DNA of 63,729 nt, counting the filler, from Dugesia japonica (Eukaryota), in the NCBI GenBank assembly GCA_001938525.1. It is 6 parts of 6 records of this genome, joined end to end, with 100 filler letters (N's around TTAATTAATTAA, not from the genome) between each part and the next. Parts side by side here need not be neighbours in the genome. Positions count along the whole stretch, not along the records: positions 17,837 to 30,767 come from MQRL01585236.1; 5 more parts are not named here. One strand, written 5' to 3'. This document shows positions 22,187 through 30,867 of the stretch, piece after piece. How positions within the stretch are numbered: the first letter of the stretch is position 1; every line of letters starts with the position of its first letter. Below the pieces are notes generated by a model that saw only the letters and a list, made by a program, of their open reading frames with translations, was not told where the DNA came from and did not search any database. The position numbers and the translations under genes are program-made.

Positions 22187-23002
22187 ATGTCAGTGTTCAG
22201 TTCGCAAAAAGCAGTGTTCAGTTCGCAAAAAGCAGTGTTCAGTTCGCAAAAAGCAGTGTTTATCTGGAACAATAATATTACAAAATTTAATAATAAAATC
22301 TTACCAAATAATTTNAGATTATTAATTATTGGATCTTCAGGTTCAGGTAAAAATGTATTACTTATGAAAATGTTATTAACACCTCATTTCTTAGATTATG
22401 ACAATTTAATCATTTACTCAACAACAATCTCACAATTTGAAATTCAATTGTTATATCTCGGATTTGAATCTGGCCTTTCAAAAGAAGATATTAGTTTAAT
22501 ATTCCAACATCAAAATATAGTACCTAAGAATATAGATACACCATCTCAAGTTATACAATATTTCATTGACAAGAAACTAGTAACAAAGAAAAATAGAACA
22601 ATAAATATAACATTAAGCAATAAACCAGATGAAATAATCTCATGCGACAAGTTATCAAGAGACAAGAAAAATCTTATAATTTTCGATGACGTTGTTAACG
22701 AGAAAAATCAACAAATTCAGAAATCATATTTCACACGTGGAAGACATTCAAATTGTAATGTTATTTATATCTCCCAAACATATTACGATCTAGATAAAAA
22801 TTCTATACGTAATAATTCGAATTGTTACATTTTCTTCAAATTAAATAAAACTGATAAAAATAATGTTTATCATGAATTATTTTCAAATATTTTTAATAAN
22901 NNNNNNNNNNNTGATTATGAAGTTAATCTTCACTGGAAAACTAAATATAATTATTTTTATCTTAACAAAGAAACTGATGAATTACTAGATGACTTATTTT
23001 AA
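22187..23002 (+). CDS. FtsK-HerA/A32-like packaging ATPase
   Basis: GSSGSGKN, LIIFDD, TRGRHSN, ISQ; N-terminal 21-nt repeat (VFSSQKA)x3; ORF track start 22154. Confidence 0.95.
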   Translation: MSVFSSQKAVFSSQKAVFSSQKAVFIWNNNITKFNNKILPNNXRLLIIGSSGSGKNVLLMKMLLTPHFLDYDNLIIYSTTISQFEIQLLYLGFESGLSKEDISLIFQHQNIVPKNIDTPSQVIQYFIDKKLVTKKNRTINITLSNKPDEIISCDKLSRDKKNLIIFDDVVNEKNQQIQKSYFTRGRHSNCNVIYISQTYYDLDKNSIRNNSNCYIFFKLNKTDKNNVYHELFSNIFNXXXXXDYEVNLHWKTKYNYFYLNKETDELLDDLF

Positions 23003-23113
23003 ATGTTAGATTTGAAATGTTAGATTCGAAATGTGAAATGTTAGATTCGAAATGTGTAATGTTAAATGTTAGATTTGAAATGTTAGATTTGAAATGTTAG
23101 ATTCGAAATGTGT
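23001..23113. repeat. Tandem (gaaatgttagatty) repeat between convergent genes
   Basis: Direct reading. Confidence 0.85.
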
Positions 23114-23148
23114 AATCTTCACTGGAAACTGATGAACTTTTAGATGAC

Positions 23149-23559
23149 TTATTCTAATATAAAAGATTCAATTGTTAAATTCATAAGTGACTTTATACCA
23201 GTTCGTGTCATTTTAATTCCAGGAAATTTAATTATTTTATTATATTTCCCATAAATTAAATTTGCTATTTCAATTTGATCTTCATGCCATTCAAAATTAT
23301 TTGTTATCATGCTAAATGTGTTATTAATATTTATAATACTATTACATTTATCAACTAATTTTGAAAATCTAATTAATTTATTTATATAATTTGTACTAAA
23401 ATTAATTCCAATTTTTTTNAAATATTTTATGAAATCTTTAGAGTTTAAATTTAAATGTTTTTGATATTCAATTAAACAATTTCCTTGTTGAGCGCGCAAA
23501 AGTAATGTTTTTAAATTATCAATCGCATATTTAGTATAATTATAAATATTTTCAGCCAT
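23149..23559 (-). CDS. Hypothetical helical protein, homologue of the C-terminus of 4191..5129
   Basis: Manual alignment and same position convergent with the ATPase. Confidence 0.7.
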   Translation of the reverse strand: MAENIYNYTKYAIDNLKTLLLRAQQGNCLIEYQKHLNLNSKDFIKYXKKIGINFSTNYINKLIRFSKLVDKCNSIININNTFSMITNNFEWHEDQIEIANLIYGKYNKIIKFPGIKMTRTGIKSLMNLTIESFILE

Positions 23560-23612
23560 TTTAGAGGTGTTAATTTTAACATTATAATTTCATATCAATT
23601 GTCATTTCAACA

Positions 23613-23888
23613 TGTTAAATCAGTAGTCATGGTATTCTTTTTAGTCATTGTATTCTTTTTAGTCATTGTATTCTTTTTAGTCATTGTATTCTTTTTAGTC
23701 ATGGTATTCTTTTTAGTCATGGTATTCCTAGCTTAAGGCACATTTCATTAATAACTTTATTTTGATTCTTGTCGTGTATCGCTTTGCTCCCATTCTTATG
23801 ATAAATGTTAAATCAGTAGTCATTGTATTCTTTTTAGTCATGGTATTCCTAGCTTAAGGCGCATTTCATTAATAACTTTATTTTGATT
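23613..23888. repeat. Direct duplication of the membrane-protein 3' end plus ~18-nt tandem repeat (gtcatkgtattcttttta)
   Basis: 23613..23768 vs 23805..23888. Confidence 0.8.
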
Positions 23889-24430
23889 TTCAACTAATAA
23901 TTTTAAATTATTATCTTTAGATTTCTTATGTCCACTGATCAATTCATGTACATCATTCACCATCTTTTTACTAATATTTAACTCTTNNNNNNNNNNNNNN
24001 NNNNNNNNNNNNNNNNNNNNNNNNNNNNNNNNNNNNNNNNNNNNNNNNNNNNNNNNNNNNNNNNNNNNNNNNNNCTTTCTTTTCTAGATTTAACAAATGA
24101 AGTGTTCATTGTTCCAATTACAGGTAAAACTGAAATTGCTCCTGTTATCACTGGGATACCAACTGTTGTAATAGCTATCCCAACTGGAGTTATAAATACA
24201 ATTCCAGCTATTCCAATTCCAGCTGAAATAAGTATCTGTGTATATTTAATTCCAGTATCAATTTTATTCCATTTCTTTTCTAATTTCTTATAATGTTTAA
24301 NTTTATCTTTAATATAATACAAATCATTTTCAAAATCTTTAATTCTAGATAATGCAAGTTTATTTTTTAAATCTTGAATTGTATATTCACTGTTATCTCT
24401 TAGACTAGGATAAATATTTTCAGGTTCCAT
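23838..24430 (-). CDS. Polinton membrane protein (GasderminX/PW-like)
   Basis: IYPSL, coiled coil, hydrophobic hairpin; after the gap an open frame ELNISKKMV...MRLKLGIP* probably supplies the true C-terminus. Confidence 0.68.
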
Positions 24431-24546
24431 TTATTAAGTGTAAAATTTTAACATTTAACATTTCAAGTGTAAAATTTATAGTTATCATCTCTAAATGCGC
24501 TATGCTGACCGTTGGACAGACTAGGATAAAATTGTATGGTGTCCAT

Positions 24547-26340
24547 TTAAAATATTATTACACTACTAATAAAAATATCTTTTGGTAAAGTTAATTCTAT
24601 AAAATTAGCTGACAATGGAAACTTTTCTATTTTAAATACTTTATCAATAGCAGGCTCAATATATTCTTTTCTTCCTTTATTTAATTTAATGTAATATTTA
24701 AAACTTTTCATAGAATAACCTTCTATATTTAATGAGTTAGCATTTTTTGTAAACTTTAAAGAGATAACAAAAGGTTCTTGAAGATAATAATATGGGGAAT
24801 CATTCAAGATAATAATTTTACCTTTTCTTTTGAAATCTATTCTTTCTATTTCTTTACTTTTAATATAATAACAAGCAAGGTTTGTATGTAGATCTAGATC
24901 AAAACCTATATTTAAAATCAGAAAATAAAATGAAAACATAGAATATTCACCTTTAAATTCTATGTAATTATCAATTATTTCTTTTGCACTTTTAAGTGAT
25001 AACTCATCATAAGTTTTCATTAAAGTATCAATTCTTTTAATATGTGATATGTGAAATTTTTTATTTTTATATTCTTCTTTTAATTCTTCAAGCAATTTTA
25101 ATTTATATAAATTAACATTTATTTCTGACAGTTGAATATTTTCTGGTAAAATTATTACAATATAATTTATATTAGTATCACTAGTAATTTCACTACTTTC
25201 ACGATGAATATTAATATTTCCAGATTCAGGTTTTACATATGAAAATGACACTGCAAGATGATTAATTCTAATGACATATGTAAACTTTTTATCAGTTTTA
25301 CCTTTAATATTTATACTAATTTTTTCATTTACTTTTGTATATAAATGAATTTCTAAAGGTTTATTAAAACTAAACATTCCAGAGTCAAAATAAATAGTTA
25401 AACCTTTATTTTTTAAATTAAAATCATTAAAATATTTATCTATAAGAGAATAACAAGGTGATATGTTAAAGAACATTGAAAATATTTTATAACTAGCTGC
25501 CCTTGTGGTTGTTACATGTGAATATTGTATGTTAGTATCAATTAATTCTTTTAGAAGATTATATGATGAATCTGAAAGTGTTTCTTTATATTTTTTAAAT
25601 GAAAGATTAATTTTGTCAGAATATATTTTATGTTGTCGCGGATTTACTTTTCCAATTTCAGAAGTTAATTTTGAGATTATAGGTCTATATTTTTCAATAT
25701 AAATTTTAAGATTATCAATGGAAATTATATTGAGATCATATGTTTTCTTGTTGATATCATCATGTAATTTGTTAAGTGCGATATTTAATTCTTCAATTTC
25801 TTTTTTAATCTTCAATGAATCAAGAGTATCTAATTTTTCTAATTTATTCAATAGATCACTTTTTTTATATGCAAACAGTTCTTGTTTTAATCTTTTAATC
25901 TCACTGTTGATATTATCAAATGTTAGTTGGTTACAGTTTTTTGTTAATTTTTGAATTTTATTATTTAAACCTGAAATATCAACATTTAAAGTTTTTAATT
26001 CTGAAATTTTAGATTCTAAATATAACTTGTTAGCTAAAAAACTATCAACTTTTAATAATCTATTGAAAATTATTTCATGCTTCTGTAATTTTTCTTCTAA
26101 AGATTTTATATATTTTAAATTATTTTCTTCAAGAGATTTAATATATTTCAAATTAACTGCATCTTCTAGATCTTTTGGGTCATCTTTTATTTTTAGACAG
26201 GTTATTGTATCACCTGTTTCATTTACATATTTATTTTCATTTGTCGCATCTAAGGTTCTAATTTTTGCATCTACATTTTTTAATATTTCAGTTGAATTGC
26301 TAGAATTAGGTGTTGCACCAAACTTATTCATTTTTAACAT
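24547..26340 (-). CDS. Putative fibre/receptor-binding protein, 597 aa
   Basis: YVNETGDT...DDP...DAVNLKYI; two tandem helical+beta modules; homologous to 6391..8196. Confidence 0.65.
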   Translation of the reverse strand: MLKMNKFGATPNSSNSTEILKNVDAKIRTLDATNENKYVNETGDTITCLKIKDDPKDLEDAVNLKYIKSLEENNLKYIKSLEEKLQKHEIIFNRLLKVDSFLANKLYLESKISELKTLNVDISGLNNKIQKLTKNCNQLTFDNINSEIKRLKQELFAYKKSDLLNKLEKLDTLDSLKIKKEIEELNIALNKLHDDINKKTYDLNIISIDNLKIYIEKYRPIISKLTSEIGKVNPRQHKIYSDKINLSFKKYKETLSDSSYNLLKELIDTNIQYSHVTTTRAASYKIFSMFFNISPCYSLIDKYFNDFNLKNKGLTIYFDSGMFSFNKPLEIHLYTKVNEKISINIKGKTDKKFTYVIRINHLAVSFSYVKPESGNINIHRESSEITSDTNINYIVIILPENIQLSEINVNLYKLKLLEELKEEYKNKKFHISHIKRIDTLMKTYDELSLKSAKEIIDNYIEFKGEYSMFSFYFLILNIGFDLDLHTNLACYYIKSKEIERIDFKRKGKIIILNDSPYYYLQEPFVISLKFTKNANSLNIEGYSMKSFKYYIKLNKGRKEYIEPAIDKVFKIEKFPLSANFIELTLPKDIFISSVIIF

Positions 26341-26355
26341 ATGAATTTTAACATG

Positions 26356-26799
26356 TTAACATTTTAACATATCTAATTTATCATATAAATCTAACATTTC
26401 AGATATTATATTCCCGAAGGTCAGCTCAGCGCCAGTGTTAAATTCTTTAGTTTTAAGTGAATATAAAAAATAAATACATAAAATGCCACATATTTCAGTG
26501 TTAAAATGTTGCACTTGAATTTTATTATAAACTTTTACATGTTCTTCGATTTCATCTAAAGGTTTTAAACCAAAAGAATCAAAGTAATAACCATCGTGAT
26601 AAGCAACCCAATGTGTTCCGAGTTGATTCGAATTTTGATAATTAAAAATGTAATTTGTTTTAGTGTTAAGTGTAACATGCTCATTTTTCATATAAATTTC
26701 TAACCCAAGATCTAAGAAGTCAGCGATAGAATATAAATCAAAATTTGTTGTTGTGTTGATTCCAAATGTTTTTAGAAAATCTAATAAATTATATGCCAT
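26356..26799 (-). CDS. Adenain-like cysteine protease
   Basis: GTHWVAY, YYFDSFG, VQ...CGILC; start MAYNLL chosen by alignment with element A (ORF track start 26838). Confidence 0.93.
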   Translation of the reverse strand: MAYNLLDFLKTFGINTTTNFDLYSIADFLDLGLEIYMKNEHVTLNTKTNYIFNYQNSNQLGTHWVAYHDGYYFDSFGLKPLDEIEEHVKVYNKIQVQHFNTEICGILCIYFLYSLKTKEFNTGAELTFGNIISEMLDLYDKLDMLKC

Positions 26800-26852
26800 T
26801 GTCCGAAGGTGAGTGTAGCGATTTTTTAAATATAACATTTAGATGTTAAATA

Positions 26853-27631
26853 TTACAATCGATATTTTCTTAGATGAGCTAAAATTGTAATAGTTTCTTT
26901 GTTAAAATCTATCGTGTTAAAGTTTTCATCTACAACNTTAAATTTAAAATTGTCAATGTAATCTGTATTGATTTTAGAATAAATAGGTGGAGATGGACGT
27001 TCTAGAATTTTATATCCAAATGGAACTGTATTAATTGGAAATGAATATAAGAGATTAATTTTTTCTGTTCTTCCAGAGTTGGTTAAATAGTTACCTTTGA
27101 CAATGTTACATTTATCGCGTTAATATTTGAAATGTTAATTTTATCATCTGAATAATGATCTCCTGGAGGATAAGATCCAGGTTTAAATCCTAGCATCGTA
27201 TGAAAAAATGATTTGTTATCAAATTCTATTGTAACTTTAGTTTTAATGTTACATTTAGATGTTGCAAGATCAGGTTTAATTTCTATATATTTTTCTAGTC
27301 TAGTTGACATTTCTTTTATTTCATATGATCCAGGTTCTAGAGATTTTTCACCTGGAGGTATAATTACTTCTATTTCTTCTATTTCTTTTTTGATTTTAGA
27401 TTTAGATCTTTCTTCTCCTTCGGCCTTTATGGCTTTTGTGGATATTTCTTGTTGTTTCAAATATTTTCCAGAAGCATGAAATTTATTATTTAAACTTGTA
27501 ATATTAAAAATAATATTGTAACATGAAAAATATAACAATCCAAGTTCATATTCTGAATCTAATTTTATAGGATAATCTAAATTAATTTTTAAATCTTGTT
27601 CTGTTCCAACTACTAAGAATTGATGAGACAT
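26853..27631 (-). CDS. Minor capsid protein (penton), split by a frameshift at ~27110
   Basis: YPIKLD.EYELGL, PGSYEI, LGF; the -1 frame continues CNIVKGNY...LYSFP...GYKILERP...IDFNKETITILAHLRKYRL*. Confidence 0.85.
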
Positions 27632-27645
27632 TTTGTTTAGATGAA

Positions 27646-27783
27646 AAATGTTACTTGTTACTTATTGAATATTAAATGTGGAATGTTGGATGTAAAATGC
27701 GGAATGTTACTTGTGGAATGTTAAATGCGGAATGTTACTTGTGGAATGTTACTTGTTGAATGGGAATGTTACTTGTGGAATAT
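27646..27783. repeat. Degenerate tandem (gaatgttacttgt) repeat
   Basis: Direct reading. Confidence 0.8.
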
Positions 27784-28664
27784 TACTTGAAATATTTAGA
27801 TTTATATTTTTTATAAATAATATCTGATAATAAACCTTTAGATTTTAATTGTTTACATATAGATTTAACTTCAGATCCTAGATTATTATGTCCAGATTTA
27901 ACAGCTGAAATTAATAATGTTAACTTTTCAAATAATGCAATTGGATTTCCTTTTCCTTCCGCTTCTGCTTCTGCCATTAAGGTCTTTATAACTTTTTCTC
28001 CACTTCTTTTTCTAGTTTTTGTGGGTGGATTTATTATTGCATGTAAAAATCTAATATAATCATTAGTAACTGGTGAATTTTTTACTAAATCATTTAAATA
28101 TATTTTAATATAATTTTTCATTTCTTCAGAATTATCTCTTGTTATTTTTTCTTTATTTCCACACATTATATCTATAATTTTTTCTGAATATTCATGAATT
28201 TTTCCATTGACTGAAAAATGTGGTTTTTCTTTTATTTTAAAGAAAAATATAAGTGTATTATCTGAAATTAATATTCTTAAATATGACTTACCAATTTCGA
28301 ATTCCGCTGGAGCAGGTATAGGTTTTATTTTTCCTTTTATTATATTAGTATCAATTTTTATTTCAGGATGAAATGGGGTTGTGGTTTCTTCGGATAATAA
28401 ATCAGCGAGTGCACCATCTTTCAAAGTTAATTCTAATTTATATTTTTTTTTATTATAAGTTGAATATTTTCCTTCTAAAGTTTCTTCTTTTTCTATTTGT
28501 TCTGGTTTTATGGTTTTTTCTATTGCAGAGATGGTTGGTTGTTGTAAAGTTGTGAGGTCAGATTGTAAAGAATAATAATCTTGCACTTTAGAACAAAAAA
28601 ATATATTATAATCTTCTTGTGCTTTAATTAATGCTCTTAAATCTTTAATTCTTTGTTCTACCAT
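27783..28664 (-). CDS. Conserved Polinton hypothetical protein
   Basis: C-terminal NPIALFEKLTLLISAVKSGHNNLGSEVKSICKQL resembles the RLxLL..AGN..NEI..I..EL domain I recognise from Mavericks. Confidence 0.65.
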   Translation of the reverse strand: MVEQRIKDLRALIKAQEDYNIFFCSKVQDYYSLQSDLTTLQQPTISAIEKTIKPEQIEKEETLEGKYSTYNKKKYKLELTLKDGALADLLSEETTTPFHPEIKIDTNIIKGKIKPIPAPAEFEIGKSYLRILISDNTLIFFFKIKEKPHFSVNGKIHEYSEKIIDIMCGNKEKITRDNSEEMKNYIKIYLNDLVKNSPVTNDYIRFLHAIINPPTKTRKRSGEKVIKTLMAEAEAEGKGNPIALFEKLTLLISAVKSGHNNLGSEVKSICKQLKSKGLLSDIIYKKYKSKYFK

Positions 28665-28675
28665 TTTATAAAGAT

Positions 28676-28777
28676 TTAATATTTAACATTTAACATTTAA
28701 CATTTAACATTTAATATTTAACATTTATCATTTAACATTTAACATTTATCATTTAATATTTAACATTTAATATTTAA
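28676..28777. repeat. 7-nt tandem repeat (atttaac)
   Basis: About 14 degenerate copies. Confidence 0.85.
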
Positions 28778-28884
28778 AGAACAATAATATTTATTATAAT
28801 TTTCTTGATTTTTAATTAATTTTTTTAAATCTTCAATTCTTTTTTCAATAATTGTTATTTTCAGCATTTTATAAAGAATTAATA

Positions 28885-29439
28885 TTAAACATCATCTGAT
28901 TTTTGTGAATTATATGGATTTAGAAATATACCTTTTCCTTTCTTACTTATGTATGTTCCAGATTTAAAATTTTTAGTTAATAATTTAAATTTAGGATCAA
29001 TATTTTTTAAATACTTGTGGATTGCTGTTCCTTGATAAGGATTTAGAAATACACCTCCTGAACCTTGATATGGATCTCGAAATACTCCTGTTCCAGATGC
29101 TGTAGCTGATGATGATGTTGTTGTGTTGTTATTTGGTTGCTCTTTTATTAATTTTTGCTTTTGTAATTCAACTAATTCGATTTCTTTTTGTTTTTTAATT
29201 GCATCTTTTGAATTTGAAACTGTACCTGCAACATTAGATGCAATTCCTGTTGCACCCGCTAAAGCACCAATTACCCATGGAATAGCAGCTAAGAATGCAA
29301 ATCCACCTTCAGAATGTTTTTTTATAGCTTCATCTTTAACTTTTTTAGAAATATAATAATTTTTACCGTTGATCTTCACAGATTTACATTTTCTAGAATT
29401 TATAATTTTTTCTAATTCTTCTTCTGTTGCTTCTGACAT
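28885..29439 (-). CDS. Adenovirus pX/mu-like (cupiennin-like) core protein precursor
   Basis: EGG|FAFLAAIPWVIGALAGATGIAS resembles adenovirus pX GG|ILPLLIPLIAAAIGA.PGIAS; three G.F..PY repeats. Confidence 0.7.
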   Translation of the reverse strand: MSEATEEELEKIINSRKCKSVKINGKNYYISKKVKDEAIKKHSEGGFAFLAAIPWVIGALAGATGIASNVAGTVSNSKDAIKKQKEIELVELQKQKLIKEQPNNNTTTSSSATASGTGVFRDPYQGSGGVFLNPYQGTAIHKYLKNIDPKFKLLTKNFKSGTYISKKGKGIFLNPYNSQKSDDV

Positions 29440-29489
29440 TATGTGGCTTCTTCCTTTATGGTTTTATCGCTATTTTATAATATCATTAT

Positions 29490-30767
29490 TTAACAATTTA
29501 AATCCATTTTCATTTTATAAAAATTATTTATTGATTGTATTTTATTAAATGTTAAATTTTGTTCAGATAAACTATGACAATTTAATTTCCCATTTATTAA
29601 ATTTAATCTAAAATGTTTTAGTTTTTTTCCGTTATGTTCTAAACATTTAACACAATAAAATTTATTACCATGTGGCCATGTTCTAGCTCCATTATCTTCG
29701 ATTATTCTTTTATCACTATAACCTGTTAATGCAATTTTTATTTGTTCTGTTAATTGAATTTCGTGAAGATTGGATTTTAATGAATGATTTGTTCCATAGA
29801 TTATTTTCTTAGGATCTTCTAAAATTGAATCAAATTCAAACATGCCAATTGGATTGAACCCCTGAACACCTTTATGTTTTTTAATAAAATTATACCCCAT
29901 TTTTTCTTTATCTTCATATTCAATATATTCATATGCATAAGATTTTGGTTTCATGAATACACATTTAAGAATTTCAGCTGTGGGCTTTTCATCTTTCATT
30001 TGAAATAATTTATTTCCAGTTAATGTATTTAATTTTTCAAGGTTATCATTTCCAATTATTTCCACAAATACGCTGTCAGTATCTGAATAATGAATTTTAT
30101 AATTTTCTTGTCCAACTGTTGGTGCTAATTGCTTATATACAAAATTATACATTACTTCTTTTGCATATTCTAAGATAGTGAAACCTATATATGGAAATTT
30201 GTTATAAGAAAGATTTGATTTTGTTAAATGAACTGCTCCCATATTAGATTTGATTTCATCATTTAAAGTGAAAATTTTAGAACATAAATATGTTGGTTTT
30301 GCTGCTAGTTTTAATAATCGTTTGTCATTTCCTACAATTTCAACATTACATCGATTTCTGATATTTTCTAGTGTTTTACCATAGAATGAATTATTCATTA
30401 ATTTAAANNNNNNNNNNNNNNNNNNNNNNNNNNNNNNNNNNNNNNNNNNNNNNNNNNNNNNNNNNNNNNNNNNNNNNNNNNNTAACCATGTTGTTGTTGG
30501 CATTTTATATTTTGCATGTATCTGTTTTAATTTCATTCCTAATTCTAAATAGAGATCTAAAGTGGAGCCTAGGATAATATAATTTTTCTTATCAAATTGA
30601 TTCATTGTTAGTTTTATGTTATCTTTTGTTAATTTTCTATTAAATGATTTTTGATAATTACTTAACATGTCATCTGTAATAAGTATTCTGTCGGGTGCTA
30701 ATGGAAAATATTTAGTTTTATCATGAATTTTTGTTGGGTAATCTAGATCAACTTCATAGAGATAATT
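29490..30767 (-). CDS. polB: Protein-primed family B DNA polymerase, C-terminal part
   Basis: YEVDLDYP..IHD...FPLAP upstream of the ORF-track start, FKLMNNSFYGK, YSDTDS, KPKSY, KHKGV; open to the contig end. Confidence 0.96.
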   Translation of the reverse strand, partial: NYLYEVDLDYPTKIHDKTKYFPLAPDRILITDDMLSNYQKSFNRKLTKDNIKLTMNQFDKKNYIILGSTLDLYLELGMKLKQIHAKYKMPTTTWLXXXXXXXXXXXXXXXXXXXXXXXXXFKLMNNSFYGKTLENIRNRCNVEIVGNDKRLLKLAAKPTYLCSKIFTLNDEIKSNMGAVHLTKSNLSYNKFPYIGFTILEYAKEVMYNFVYKQLAPTVGQENYKIHYSDTDSVFVEIIGNDNLEKLNTLTGNKLFQMKDEKPTAEILKCVFMKPKSYAYEYIEYEDKEKMGYNFIKKHKGVQGFNPIGMFEFDSILEDPKKIIYGTNHSLKSNLHEIQLTEQIKIALTGYSDKRIIEDNGARTWPHGNKFYCVKCLEHNGKKLKHFRLNLINGKLNCHSLSEQNLTFNKIQSINNFYKMKMDLNC

Positions 30768-30867
30768 NNNNNNNNNNNNNNNNNNNNNNNNNNNNNNNNN
30801 NNNNNNNNNNNTTAATTAATTAANNNNNNNNNNNNNNNNNNNNNNNNNNNNNNNNNNNNNNNNNNNN
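30768..30867. other. Artificial contig spacer
   Basis: 44N-TTAATTAATTAA-44N. Confidence 0.97.

Larger units (their letters stand above)
17837..30767. mobile_element. Polinton/Maverick (adintovirus-like) element B, near complete, PolB end truncated
   Basis: MCP, PLA2-integrase and ATPase on +; membrane protein, fibre, adenain, penton, pX-like and pPolB on -; fills the whole contig. Confidence 0.96.

Noticed and set aside
25505-26344. Antisense ORFs over viral genes (also 19169, 21007, 24102, 27213, 29123)
   Set aside because: Shadow frames of real genes on the opposite strand
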